A stretch of DNA of 64,000 nucleotides from Candidatus Aenigmatarchaeota archaeon (lineage in GTDB: Archaea; Aenigmatarchaeota; Aenigmatarchaeia; GW2011-AR5), in assembly GCA_016187335.1 (NCBI GenBank), contig JACPJW010000001.1, positions 160,001 to 224,000 of the forward strand. Direction: 5' to 3'. Shown piece after piece: positions 9,845 through 19,465 of the stretch (position 1 is the stretch's first letter; each line of letters starts with the position of its first letter). The notes below the pieces were generated by a model that saw only the letters and a list, made by a program, of their open reading frames with translations, was not told where the DNA came from and ran no database searches. The translations under genes and the position numbers were made by a program.

Positions 9845-10222
9845 TTGATAGAATTGATTTCTATGAGAAAAGGCATGGAGCTTCCTGTATCAACGGTTGT
9901 TGTCGTAGCCGCTGCCGTGCTTGTGCTTGTAGTTGTGTCGTCGTTTTTTCTTTCAGGCTCGGGAAAGCAGTTCAGCGAGATTGACGCCAGAAGCAGGTTC
10001 GGCCAGGAGTGCACCAGGCTGAAATGCACCGTCAGCGAGGCGCAAAGCCTTCAGGCAACCCATCCCGACCTCTACAAATACTGCAGGGCGGTTTACGGTG
10101 ATGTTTCAGCAGCCCAGTGCGTCAACGCTTGCGGGTGCAGGATTGACTACTCATCAAAAGGAGAAGTAGCGCAGGATGTAAACCAGGACATAGCCGAACT
10201 TATTATTGATCTGACAGCTTAG
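9845..10222 (+). CDS. class III signal peptide (pilin-like) protein
   Basis: MRKG|MELPVSTVVVV pattern, hydrophobic helix, Cys-rich C-terminus; true start probably at MRKG. Confidence 0.7.
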   Translation: MIELISMRKGMELPVSTVVVVAAAVLVLVVVSSFFLSGSGKQFSEIDARSRFGQECTRLKCTVSEAQSLQATHPDLYKYCRAVYGDVSAAQCVNACGCRIDYSSKGEVAQDVNQDIAELIIDLTA

Positions 10223-10252
10223 ATGCTGCTGGAGGTTCGCTTCCAAATTATG

Positions 10253-10423
10253 TCAGGCTTTCTTGCCGCGCGACCACTTGAATTTCCTCGGGTCGCGGCC
10301 GAGCTTCACTGAGTTTTTCTCGCAGCGCCGCGAGCAGAACCAGCTTATTTTCCCGGTGCTCTGGATAATCATCTTGCCTGTTCCTGATTCAACGTTTGCA
10401 GAACAAAAAAAGCATTTTGCCAT
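10253..10423 (-). CDS. rpl24e: 50S ribosomal protein eL24
   Basis: CFFC...GTGKM...FCSRRCEKN...RDPRKFKW. Confidence 0.95.
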   Translation of the reverse strand: MAKCFFCSANVESGTGKMIIQSTGKISWFCSRRCEKNSVKLGRDPRKFKWSRGKKA

Positions 10424-10515
10424 ATCAGAACCCATCATTTATTTTTTGATGCCAACTTTTTTGTAAAAAGTTGCTAGTCGGTTTAGATACCTCCGTAGGT
10501 ATCGGATTTTTCTTA

Positions 10516-10725
10516 TTATCTTCGCCCGTAGCTTCCCGAGGACTCCATCTCGGTCTCCTTGAGCATCAGGACGTCGCCTATCTTGACGGGCCCTATGACG
10601 TTTCGCGTCAGTATCTTCCCCTTGTCGCGGCCGTCAACGACCCTGCACCGCACCCGCGTCACTCCCTTCGCGCCCATCCTGTCAAGTACGCCGATAATTT
10701 CAGCGGGCGTTGAGTCTTCGGGCAT
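10516..10725 (-). CDS. rps28e: 30S ribosomal protein eS28
   Basis: [27 protein letters not shown]. Confidence 0.95.
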   Translation of the reverse strand: MPEDSTPAEIIGVLDRMGAKGVTRVRCRVVDGRDKGKILTRNVIGPVKIGDVLMLKETEMESSGSYGRR

Positions 10726-10801
10726 GATTAAGCACCAATAAATTGCTAAAATGGAAATGTAGTCTTAAGTTGTTCCTGAATTCCGGCAGCTTCAGCTTTG
10801 A

Positions 10802-11113
10802 TTACTTTGACAGTTCTTCTATTTTCTTTCTTGCCTCGCCGCCGTCAACAACAGCGACGGCGGAAGTTCCGACGTCAATGCCCGCGGCCCTGCCGAGCTC
10901 GTTCTTGCTCGCTACCTTGACCAGCGGTATTTTCTTCTCGCCGCAGAGGGCGGGCAGATGCATGACTATTTCCGGGGGGTCCACGTCGTCAGCAATCACA
11001 ACCAGCTTTGCTATTCCCCGCTCCGCGGCCTTCGTGGCCTCGTTGACCCCCTTCCTTATCTTGCCCGTTTCCCTGGCTATTTCAATTGTTTCAAGAATCT
11101 CGTTGTCCTTCAT
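10802..11113 (-). CDS. rpl7ae: 50S ribosomal protein eL8/L7Ae
   Basis: [16 protein letters not shown]...[12 protein letters not shown]. Confidence 0.95.
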   Translation of the reverse strand: MKDNEILETIEIARETGKIRKGVNEATKAAERGIAKLVVIADDVDPPEIVMHLPALCGEKKIPLVKVASKNELGRAAGIDVGTSAVAVVDGGEARKKIEELSK

Positions 11114-11209
11114 CGATTCACCTCAATAGCGGCTGGTAAATTCCTAACAAAGTATTTAAGACAAACGTTTTTAAGGTTGCGGAATCAAGGAAGAAAAGCG
11201 GTGTTAATC

Positions 11210-11389
11210 ATGCAGGAAAAATCGGCGTTTCTTAAGGTCAAATGCAAGAAATGCAAGAACGAGCAGATAGTGTTCAGCAAGGCCGCTATGCAGGTGAAAT
11301 GCCTTGTGTGCGGTGCCGTGTTCTTGCAGCCTAAAGGCGGGAAAGCGGACGTGAACATGGACGCGGTGCAGGTTCTGGAAAGGCTGTGA
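11210..11389 (+). CDS. rps27e: 30S ribosomal protein eS27
   Basis: FLKVKCKKCKNEQIVF...VKCLVCG...PKGGKA. Confidence 0.95.
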   Translation: MQEKSAFLKVKCKKCKNEQIVFSKAAMQVKCLVCGAVFLQPKGGKADVNMDAVQVLERL

Positions 11390-11464
11390 ATGACTGCTTT
11401 AGCTGCACCAGTGCCTTAAAGGTTTAATTTCTTTCATGCAATAACATGGGTTGGTGTTGGTAAC

Positions 11465-12217
11465 ATGGTAAAAAAACGGGGACTTCCTTCCGAAGGCGAG
11501 TTGGTTATCTGCACCATTACCAAAATAAATCCCAATTCGGCTTTCGCTTTTATGGAGGAATACGGCAAGGAAGGGATGATACACATCTCGGAAATCGCCC
11601 CGGGATGGGTCCGCGATATAAGGCAGCACCTGAAGACGGGCCAGACGGGCGTCGCAAAGGTCATGCGCATCGACGACAAAACGATTTCTCTGTCAATAAA
11701 GCGCGTCGACGACAACCAGAGGAACCAGAAAACAAAGGAGTACAACCTGGAAAACAAGGCTGAAAGGCTGCTGGAAATAGCGGCAAAAAAGCTTGAGAAA
11801 AATTTGGACCAGGCTTACGAGGAAGTTGGTTTTCTGCTGCAGGAAAAATTCGGCTCCATTTACGAGGGCTTCAAAACTGCCCTGAATGCCCCGGACAACC
11901 TGAAGAAGCGCGGCATTCCTGACAAATGGGTTGAAGTTATCAGGGAGGTTGCCGAAAAAAGCATAGAGCAGAAAGAGTTTGAGTTCAAGGCAAGGTTGCT
12001 GATAAATACATATAAACCGAATGGTGTAATTATAATAAAGGACATACTGAAGAAAGCGGCGGCAGCCGGCCTGGACGTCAGGTACATCGCCGCGCCTGAA
12101 TATCTTGTCAGGTACAAAACAAAAAACGCCAAGAAAGGACAGCGTTATATTGAAGAGAAGCTGGAAGAGCTGAGAAAGAACAAGGACGCGGAAGTGAAGT
12201 TTGAGCTGCTGAGCTGA
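11465..12217 (+). CDS. eif2a: translation initiation factor aIF2 alpha
   Basis: LPSEGELVICTI...EGMIHISEIAPGWVRDIR S1 domain. Confidence 0.95.
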   Translation: MVKKRGLPSEGELVICTITKINPNSAFAFMEEYGKEGMIHISEIAPGWVRDIRQHLKTGQTGVAKVMRIDDKTISLSIKRVDDNQRNQKTKEYNLENKAERLLEIAAKKLEKNLDQAYEEVGFLLQEKFGSIYEGFKTALNAPDNLKKRGIPDKWVEVIREVAEKSIEQKEFEFKARLLINTYKPNGVIIIKDILKKAAAAGLDVRYIAAPEYLVRYKTKNAKKGQRYIEEKLEELRKNKDAEVKFELLS

Positions 12218-12309
12218 AAAAAGCTAAGAACGAGAGATAGAAATCGTCAAGAAGGCAGGAAGCAGCAAAAAGAAGAACAGAAATTCCTGCCCCGGCTATT
12301 GCTGAGGTA

Positions 12310-12468
12310 ATGCCCTTGCCATTGATAAAAAAATGCTGCGCCTATACGATGCAGGAAAAATGCCCGCGGTGCGGCAGCAGGACTAAAAGCGCGCACCCGA
12401 TGAAGTTCTCCGCGGAGGACAAATACGGAAAATACAGGCGGATGGCAGGCAGGGAAAAGAAGGTCTGA
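12310..12468 (+). CDS. nop10: H/ACA RNP protein Nop10
   Basis: Manual translation ...YTMQEKCPRCGSRTKSAHPMKFSAEDKYGKYRR; conserved position after aIF2a. Confidence 0.9.
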   Translation: MPLPLIKKCCAYTMQEKCPRCGSRTKSAHPMKFSAEDKYGKYRRMAGREKKV

Positions 12469-12489
12469 TGACAAAGAAATAACGTCTTT

Positions 12490-13284
12490 TTGCTTGATAA
12501 GGTGTTTTCATTGCAAACCGAAATAAAAATCCTTGAGAAAGTGAAGCTGAAAAATCCCGTGCTCATAGAGGGGCTCCCGGGAATAGGCAATGTAGGGCGC
12601 GTGGCCGCCGGCTATCTTGTAAGCGAGCTGAAAATGAAGAAGTTCGCGGAGCTGTACTCAAATCACTTTCTGCCCCTTGTCATACTTCACGACGCTTCCG
12701 TGGCGCAGCTCCTGAAATGCGAATTTTATTACTACCGCTCGAAGAGCCGCGACATCATTATCCTGACAGGCGACACGCAGAGCATTTCGCCGGAAGGGCA
12801 CTACGAGATCTGCGAGAAAATTCTTGAGTTCTCGGAAAAGCTCGGCGTGAAAGAAATAATAACGCTTGGCGGCTTTGCGGAAGGGCGGCAGATAGACGAG
12901 CCAAGGGTCATAGGCGCCGTGAACGACAAGTCGCTGATAAAGAAATACGAGAAATACGGCATTGATTTCGGAAAGGACCATCCGGTAGGGACAATTGTAG
13001 GCGCATCAGGATTGCTCCTGGGCCTGGGCAGGCTCCGCGGCATTGACGGCGCGTGCCTGATGGGCGAGACCTATGGACTGCCCGTCATGACAGACCCCAA
13101 AGCGGCTGACCGCGTGATTCACGTGATTACAAAAATACTGGGCATCAAGGTGGATTTGTCAAAATTAGAGAAAATAATCAAGGAAATGGAAGGAAAGATG
13201 AAGCAGACGGAAAAAATACACAAAAGGATTTTGGAGCAGATACCGAAACAGAGCAAGGGCGAGGACGTGAGGTATATTGGCTAA
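12490..13284 (+). CDS. proteasome assembly chaperone, PAC2 family
   Basis: LIEGLPGIGNVG, GDTQS, LMGETYG; conserved position after nop10; start may be the TTG at MQTEIK. Confidence 0.9.
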   Translation: MLDKVFSLQTEIKILEKVKLKNPVLIEGLPGIGNVGRVAAGYLVSELKMKKFAELYSNHFLPLVILHDASVAQLLKCEFYYYRSKSRDIIILTGDTQSISPEGHYEICEKILEFSEKLGVKEIITLGGFAEGRQIDEPRVIGAVNDKSLIKKYEKYGIDFGKDHPVGTIVGASGLLLGLGRLRGIDGACLMGETYGLPVMTDPKAADRVIHVITKILGIKVDLSKLEKIIKEMEGKMKQTEKIHKRILEQIPKQSKGEDVRYIG

Positions 13285-13368
13285 CGGATGAACTGCATTC
13301 TTCTGTAACGCTTAAAAGAGTATCAGTTAAAGATAAAAGCTGTGTTCTAGGCAAGAGATGAGAAGCTT

Positions 13369-13566
13369 ATGTTTGAATACCCGGGACTGACAAGGTTTGA
13401 AAAAACCCGCATAATAGCCGCGCGCGCCCTGCAGATTTCAATGGGTGCGCCAGTCCTTTTCAAGACGGATCTGGAAAGCCCGAAGGAGATATCAAAGCTT
13501 GAATTTGAGAAAGGGATCCTCCCGATAACCGCGAAGAGAAGGATGCCGGGAAAAACAGCCGAATAA
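13369..13566 (+). CDS. rpoK: RNA polymerase subunit K (Rpo6)
   Basis: LTRFEKTRIIAARALQISMGAP. Confidence 0.95.
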   Translation: MFEYPGLTRFEKTRIIAARALQISMGAPVLFKTDLESPKEISKLEFEKGILPITAKRRMPGKTAE

Positions 13567-13645
13567 TTTCAAAAACGGAGGCTGCCTTGGCTGTTCAAAA
13601 ATATAAAGAATGAACTCATGCTTCCACCTTGAAAAATTGATTTTT

Positions 13646-14254
13646 ATGTCAGCGACAAAAATGGAGACAAAAGTAAAAAAGGAAAGGCTGCTCATACCGA
13701 GGGAAAAATACCTGAGCGCAGGAGTCCATATAGGCCTCACGACAAAGACGGCGGGCATGAAGCGCTTCATATACAAGATCCGCCCCAACGGCTTGGCAGT
13801 TCTAAACGTCGGCATGATCGACAAGAGAATCGGCCACGCGGCGAACATGCTGGCGGAAAGGAAAAATATTCTTGTCGTGTCAAAGAAAGAAAACGGCCAG
13901 CAGTCCGTGAGGAAATTCGCAGAAGTTACCGGAAGTAGGGCGATTACGGGAAGGTTCATGCCCGGCTCCTTGACAAACCCTTCCTCCCAGGATTTTTTTG
14001 AGCCTGACATACTCGTTGTTACAGATCCTTTGGCGGACAAGCAGGCGATAAAGGAGGCCTACAGCATGCGCATACCCATCATCGGAATGGTTGACACCTT
14101 CAACGAGCTGGGATACCTGGACTTTGTCATTCCTTGCAACAACAAGGGAAAGAAATCACTGGCTGTCATATACTGGCTCCTTGCAAAGCTGCTGCTGGAA
14201 AAAAGAGGCGAAAAACTGGAAGCAAAGCCCGAGGACTTCGGGTACGAGGAATAG
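13646..14254 (+). CDS. rps2: 30S ribosomal protein uS2
   Basis: YLSAGVHIG...GRFMPGSLTNP...IPCNNKG. Confidence 0.95.
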   Translation: MSATKMETKVKKERLLIPREKYLSAGVHIGLTTKTAGMKRFIYKIRPNGLAVLNVGMIDKRIGHAANMLAERKNILVVSKKENGQQSVRKFAEVTGSRAITGRFMPGSLTNPSSQDFFEPDILVVTDPLADKQAIKEAYSMRIPIIGMVDTFNELGYLDFVIPCNNKGKKSLAVIYWLLAKLLLEKRGEKLEAKPEDFGYEE

Positions 14255-14272
14255 AAAGCCTGGAAAAGAAAA

Positions 14273-14803
14273 TTAGTCTCCGGTTTTTTTCTCGACAAGA
14301 ATTTTCGTCGGCGTCGGCAGCTTGTATCCTGCTTTCTTCAGCGCGATTTTTGCCGTGTCAATTCCGTTTTTGTTTACCTGTATCTCCATTATTTTCTGCC
14401 CGCTCATGACGCGCGCCGCTGTCCCTACGGGCTTGCCGAAGTTGTCGCGCATTCCCGACTGGAACCTGTCCGCTCCTGCTCCTGTTGCCATGGCGTTTTC
14501 CCTGAGGACCTGATGCGGGTAGACGCGCACGCGGACAAAGTATGTGCTGCCTTTGCCCAGCTTTTTGTCCAGCGTCTGCACGACCATAATGCGCGCTGAT
14601 TCCAGCGCATTATGCCTTATCTGGACATCCCTTTCGGAAACAAGAAACAGCTTGGCGTCGTAATCCCCTACCGTCCCCATCTGGAATTCCGCTATTTTCG
14701 GCTTTGGCACGCCTTTTACATAGCCTTTCTTGGGAACGCGAATGCTCTGCCTGGTATAAGGCCGCTGCAGGTTGCGGTAGCATCTTCCGGGTCTTAATCC
14801 CAT
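14273..14803 (-). CDS. rpl10e: 50S ribosomal protein uL16/L10e
   Basis: MGLRPGRCYR...GAGADRFQSGMRDNFGKP. Confidence 0.97.
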   Translation of the reverse strand: MGLRPGRCYRNLQRPYTRQSIRVPKKGYVKGVPKPKIAEFQMGTVGDYDAKLFLVSERDVQIRHNALESARIMVVQTLDKKLGKGSTYFVRVRVYPHQVLRENAMATGAGADRFQSGMRDNFGKPVGTAARVMSGQKIMEIQVNKNGIDTAKIALKKAGYKLPTPTKILVEKKTGD

Positions 14804-14910
14804 AAAAATCGCTTCGTGATTTCTGCTGAAACGGAAAGGGAAAGGATTTTGTCAACTTTGTTTTTGATTTCCGCTTTGCATTGCTTTCTTCCCAGACAAG
14901 ATTTAAAAAG

Positions 14911-16041
14911 CTACCATCGTTTCACGAAAACCTGGAAAAGCAGTGATGTCAGGACAATGCTTGCAATTGACAGCAAAACGACAAGCGTGAATACAGCCGG
15001 GCCTATGAGCGATGCTGTCATTGCTACATAAGCCGCTATAATGGATATCTCGCCGCGCGGCATCATTGCTATGCCGACGGTCAGCTGGTCGCGGCCGCCG
15101 AAGCCGTAATGCCTGGTGAGAATCCCGGAGCCTATGAACTTGGCGGCTGTCATGAGCAAAAACAGCGGGACGAAATGCTGCGCCTGAACCCCCGTTCCGG
15201 CGGAAAGCGCGACGTATGCAAAAAACAGCGGGACGAAAAAGCCGTTGGAAACCGTCCTTATTTTAGGCTCTATTACCGATTCTGTAAGCGGTGATTTGCC
15301 CAGCAGAAGGCCCGCGACAAACGCCCCTGAAACTGCCGCAATTCCTGCCTGCTGCGTTGCGTATGAAAGCAGGAAAACGGCGACGAGGGCTGCAGCCACT
15401 ATAAACTGGTCGTCGTTCATCTCTTCCAGAAATCCGAAAAACTGGCCTATCCGTTTTGACAGGGCGGCGGCTATTACAATTATGGACAGCGACAGGATGA
15501 AGAATACGGTGGCGCTTTTCCATGCCTCGCTGAACGAAAAATAGCCTATGAAAGTTGAAAGGCCGATTATTGATATCATGTCGCCGTACAGGACCGCGGA
15601 CGTTATGAGCTTTCCGGCTTTTGAATTCAGCTCGCCGAGGGATGACATTGCCCTGGAAGATATGCCGCTGCTCGTGGACATGAAGGCGATCCCGATCACC
15701 ACGGCGGCCTTGAAATCGTAAAAATAATAGCCGGCCGCGAACCCAAGAATGAAAGGAACAACAGCCCCCGCTATCCCGAGCGATATTCCCTGCTTCGTGT
15801 TCCCTTTTGTTTTTTCTACGTCTATGTTAAGCCCTATCAGGAATATTGCAAAAAGCATTCCGAGATTCGCCATCTCGCCGAGGAGCGGGCTGGGGGAGAC
15901 AAAATTAAGAAGGGGCCCCGCAATAAAGCCGCCGGTCATTTCCCCGACAAGCGAAGGGACCTTCAAACGCTCCGCAATCTCGCCGAAGATTTTCGCGAAT
16001 ATGAGCAATATGGCGACGCTGAACAGGATTTCAACGGTCAT
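14911..16041 (-). CDS. CPA2 cation:proton antiporter
   Basis: Multi-TM protein from MTVEILF; VPSLVGEM, GAFVAG, MMPRGE; the ORF-track extension runs into tRNA-Ser and is spurious. Confidence 0.9.
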   Translation of the reverse strand: MTVEILFSVAILLIFAKIFGEIAERLKVPSLVGEMTGGFIAGPLLNFVSPSPLLGEMANLGMLFAIFLIGLNIDVEKTKGNTKQGISLGIAGAVVPFILGFAAGYYFYDFKAAVVIGIAFMSTSSGISSRAMSSLGELNSKAGKLITSAVLYGDMISIIGLSTFIGYFSFSEAWKSATVFFILSLSIIVIAAALSKRIGQFFGFLEEMNDDQFIVAAALVAVFLLSYATQQAGIAAVSGAFVAGLLLGKSPLTESVIEPKIRTVSNGFFVPLFFAYVALSAGTGVQAQHFVPLFLLMTAAKFIGSGILTRHYGFGGRDQLTVGIAMMPRGEISIIAAYVAMTASLIGPAVFTLVVLLSIASIVLTSLLFQVFVKRW

Positions 16042-16121
16042 GATTTCATTACGACTTCTTCCAAATATAAAATAATTCTTTCTTTCCGCCAGAGCTTTCT
16101 TTTTAAAGAAAGGTCTAAGAG

Positions 16122-16252
16122 CGCCGAGAGGGAGATTTGAACTCCCGCGAGCACGAGGCTCACAAGCTTTCTTACAACCTTCCCTTTTGATGCAACTTTT
16201 GGGAAAAGTTGCTTCCAGGCTTGCGCGTTGGACCAAGCTCCGCCATCTCGGC
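16122..16252 (-). tRNA. tRNA-Ser(GGA) with a 44-nt intron at 37/38 (16169-16212)
   Basis: GCCGAGA/TCTCGGC acceptor, CAAGC CT GGA A...A GCTTG, long variable arm, TTCAAAT T-loop. Confidence 0.93.
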
Positions 16253-16434
16253 AGAAGAGAAGAAACCTGCGGTTTCTCTCTTTGCGCAGAAACCAAAGGT
16301 TTCTGGCAATCCCAGAAAGCTCTTGCTTTCTGAGGATTCTAATCTCATTTCCCTTATTACAAAATATTAAAGAATTAGTTTATTAGGGCTCTGAGAAGCC
16401 CTACCCTTTTGATTAAACTTTTTGGAAAAGTTTA

Positions 16435-16602
16435 TCAGAACTTCTCCGCGTCCTCCAGGAGCATGTCCGGTATGTCTTCATCTATAACAGAAAACCGCAG
16501 CCTGCATTTCTTGCAGGAAAGCCTGTTCTTCTTCCTGTCGTAGTCCAGGTCGCCCTTGCATTTCGGGCATGCAAGTATGTCCAGAAGCTCTTTTTTGAGC
16601 AT
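16435..16602 (-). CDS. Trm112 family protein
   Basis: Manual translation MLKKELLDILACPKCKGDL...CKKC...IPDML. Confidence 0.9.
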   Translation of the reverse strand: MLKKELLDILACPKCKGDLDYDRKKNRLSCKKCRLRFSVIDEDIPDMLLEDAEKF

Positions 16603-16745
16603 GAATTACTTTTGAAGAATCAGGCTTTTAAGATTATATTCCCCTGCACTGCCATTTAATCTGACGATGCGAATGCTGTGCAGAAGAGATGGGTATTTCA
16701 CGCACTTTGGTTCTTAGGTGGTCGTACGCCTGAAGAAAACGTAAT

Positions 16746-17702
16746 TTATCCGTAATGCTGGCGCATTTTCGGATAAACGCCTTTCTCCATTATAACCCTG
16801 TCAGTCTTCGCGGCAAGTCCCTTCCTGTGCATCATCTCGTCGCTGCTCATCGCCGCCATTGCCAGTGCGACCAGCTCGCCTTTCAGCGTAATTAAGGCAA
16901 TCAAATCATCCTTCTCGATTCCTTTCCGGATTTTGCATATGCCCTGCGTGTACAAAGGCGTTCCACCTGCAACGGAAAAAACAGCCGAGTCCTTGACGAC
17001 AATTTTCTTCAGGTGGTCAACGGCTTTTTCAACAGGAAGAACGTAGTCGCGAATCTTATCATCGCCGTTTTCTTTCCAGAAAACAAAAGCGTCAGCGATG
17101 TCGTGCATTTTTACAGACTGCTCTTCTCCGAAAGGTCCTGCTTTGGTGCGCCTGAGCTCGCTCATGTGCGCGCCGCCCAGATGCTTGCCGATGTCATGGC
17201 AGAGAACGCGGATGTATGTTCCTGCTTCCACGGATGTTTTGAACAATACATCCTTGCCGCTTATCTCCAGGATGTCAAAGGAATGGACCCTGCGGGTTCT
17301 TTCTTTTCTTGCAACAGCAGAACGAACCGGGGGTCTTTGCCTGATGTCGCCGAGAAATTTTTTCACAGTTGCCGAGAGTTTTTTTGCATCCGTTTCTTTA
17401 TGCAGATGCATCACGCCGGCGTATTCCTTGTCCAATCCCTGCAATGCCGGAATAACCTTGCAGGCGTTTTCCAGCGTGACTAACAAAACACCGCTCACCA
17501 TGGGGTCAAGCGTGCCGGCGTGGCCTGTCTTGTTCAGCCCTAAAACTTTTTTCACCGTCGCAACAACATCATGAGAAGTCGGGCCCTGCCATTTGTCCAG
17601 AACGACGAAGCCGTTTTTAAGAAGTTCTTCTACTGAACGTTCTTCTGGTTTTTTACCAAAGCCTTCTGCCGGCTCCTCGTCGCTTCTGATGAGCCATTCC
17701 AT
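16746..17702 (-). CDS. cbf5: H/ACA pseudouridine synthase Cbf5
   Basis: LDKWQGPTSH, GHAGTLDP, EAGTYIR, PUA domain. Confidence 0.97.
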   Translation of the reverse strand: MEWLIRSDEEPAEGFGKKPEERSVEELLKNGFVVLDKWQGPTSHDVVATVKKVLGLNKTGHAGTLDPMVSGVLLVTLENACKVIPALQGLDKEYAGVMHLHKETDAKKLSATVKKFLGDIRQRPPVRSAVARKERTRRVHSFDILEISGKDVLFKTSVEAGTYIRVLCHDIGKHLGGAHMSELRRTKAGPFGEEQSVKMHDIADAFVFWKENGDDKIRDYVLPVEKAVDHLKKIVVKDSAVFSVAGGTPLYTQGICKIRKGIEKDDLIALITLKGELVALAMAAMSSDEMMHRKGLAAKTDRVIMEKGVYPKMRQHYG

Positions 17703-17762
17703 GAAGAGAATTATCCGAGCAAGAATTAAAATGGCCGTTTTGGTTAAACTTTTTTGAAAAGT

Positions 17763-18383
17763 TTATACGTAAACCTTCAGCAGCTTTCTCGTCACGACCA
17801 TGAACAGGAGCGCGCTCAGGAAATACCATCCCAGCCATCCCAGATCGCTGCCCACGAAAGGCAGTGCGAAAGGCAGGTAGGCGATGATTCTTGAGAATTT
17901 CACTTCGTTGCCGTTCATTGCAATGTTCCATTTGTAACCGTTCAAAGCAACGCCGTTCTTCGGGGTTTCGATGTTGCCGTAACCGCTTATCTCCACGCCG
18001 CCCTCTGTTTTCTGGACCTGGTAAACGCTCCCGTCTATATTCAGCTCTCCTTTGCCGTCGTTGAGCTTCACTTCCCTGTCGCCGTAAATTCCCGCGATCC
18101 ACGGCAAAGCGAGTATTACTATGATGAAGGAAACAACCATGGGCTTTAGGGACATCCTCATTATCTTGCCGTTCTCGCTCATCAGCTCCCCGAGGAGCTT
18201 GTTCACCTTCTCCGTGTTGCCCTTTTTCTGCTCTTCCTTTATCTTTTCGTTCATCTCCTTCATCCTTTCCCGCGACTGCTTCACCTGGTGCTGGTCCAAG
18301 AGCAGTTTGTAGAATATGTTTATGACCATGATGACGAAGAAGGAGAAAATAAAGACGTCAATTATCGGGGAAAAATATGCCAT
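17763..18383 (-). CDS. DUF106/EMC3-TMCO1 (Oxa1 superfamily) membrane protein
   Basis: TM-coiled coil-TM; KPMVVSF; LGWLGWYFL. Confidence 0.85.
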   Translation of the reverse strand: MAYFSPIIDVFIFSFFVIMVINIFYKLLLDQHQVKQSRERMKEMNEKIKEEQKKGNTEKVNKLLGELMSENGKIMRMSLKPMVVSFIIVILALPWIAGIYGDREVKLNDGKGELNIDGSVYQVQKTEGGVEISGYGNIETPKNGVALNGYKWNIAMNGNEVKFSRIIAYLPFALPFVGSDLGWLGWYFLSALLFMVVTRKLLKVYV

Positions 18384-18488
18384 GATTATCACTCTATTAA
18401 GCCGAAAGCAAATGTTCGATTCGTGTCAGGAAATTTATCATGAACATCGCTTTGGAAAATTGAACTTCGCCTTTCCTTTTCACTTTAA

Positions 18489-18773
18489 TCACGCCTTGAC
18501 GTACTCCACTTTCTTTATCCTGAAGCCGGTGCCGACGTCGTGCTTCTTGCCGCAGACGCCGCATTTGTACCGTAAATCCAGGCGGCGCGTCGGCTTTTCC
18601 CTGCCCTTGGGGTTCTCCTTCGGGAAGGAACCGTAGCCTGCCAGCTTCCGCAAAAAGCGCCGCTGCGACTTCGTGTCCTGCCTTCTCGGCCTTCTCTTTG
18701 ATTCTTCTACAACATGCTCCGTGTGCTTCCTGCAGTAAGGGCAATAGCGCTTTTGGACTTTCGGTATCATCAT
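18489..18773 (-). CDS. rpl44e: 50S ribosomal protein eL42/L44e
   Basis: YCPYCRKHT...KPTRRLDLRYKCGVCGK. Confidence 0.95.
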   Translation of the reverse strand: MMIPKVQKRYCPYCRKHTEHVVEESKRRPRRQDTKSQRRFLRKLAGYGSFPKENPKGREKPTRRLDLRYKCGVCGKKHDVGTGFRIKKVEYVKA

Positions 18774-18826
18774 TGGAAATCACATCTTCGGCATCATAGG
18801 CAAACAATAATTCGGCAGTTCTCGTT

Positions 18827-19411
18827 CTATTCCTCAATTCTTTCAATAACTCCTTCCTTGAGCAAAAATTCATTTAAAGCTTCTGGCAATTGAACCGTTT
18901 CTCCTTCTTTCAGCTCGTACGTTTGCATGTCCGGTCCCACAAAAGCGGGCATGCTTTTCCTGACGCGGTAAACTGTTCTTTTCTGGATTAAGTCGGAAAT
19001 TTGGGGCGGGTCCTCTGCTCTTTGATTTTCGGGGATTTCGTCTTTTCCTTCCGTCCTTGCCGGTTCCTTCTGCAGCTCCTCAAAGAACGTTTCCCTCAGG
19101 CGCCGCAGCTCGTCAACAAGGAAGAAAAAAGTTTTTTCTTCGTTTCTTGCCAGGTTTTCCGAGGGTATTCCCGTCCGCGCGGTGTAAAGGGCCATCTCCA
19201 TGAGCTTTTTTTCCCTTGACTCGAACAGGCGCCTTATGATGCTTCTTGCGTTCTCCAGCTCAATTATGTCGGAGGAAGTTTTCTCGGTTATTCTTTCTTT
19301 CCTCCGGAGGTACTCCTTCAGGTCTTCAAAAAAATTCTCCGGCAGCTTCTGCAGCTTCTTTGACTCGTGCTCCGCCCTTTCGATGTCGCGTATTTTTTCA
19401 AACGTCAGCAT
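18827..19411 (-). CDS. GINS subunit (Gins15/51 type)
   Basis: MLTFEKIRDIERAE...LQKLPENFF; B domain PAFVGPDMQTYEL. Confidence 0.85.
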   Translation of the reverse strand: MLTFEKIRDIERAEHESKKLQKLPENFFEDLKEYLRRKERITEKTSSDIIELENARSIIRRLFESREKKLMEMALYTARTGIPSENLARNEEKTFFFLVDELRRLRETFFEELQKEPARTEGKDEIPENQRAEDPPQISDLIQKRTVYRVRKSMPAFVGPDMQTYELKEGETVQLPEALNEFLLKEGVIERIEE

Positions 19412-19465
19412 TCTTATCAGGAAAGGTTAAGACTGGAATCTTTTAAAGGGCTGTTTTGAAAAGTT

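Noticed and set aside
16042-16296. N-terminal extension of the antiporter
   Set aside because: Overlaps the tRNA-Ser gene; the true start is MTVEILF at 16041
16630-16745. Possible guide or small RNA downstream of cbf5 (stem CTTCTGCAC/GTGCAGGGG on the minus strand)
   Set aside because: No convincing C/D, K-turn or ACA motif; could be a terminator-like fold
16746-17702. cbf5 intron as in Crenarchaeota
   Set aside because: The reading frame is continuous through GHAGTLDP
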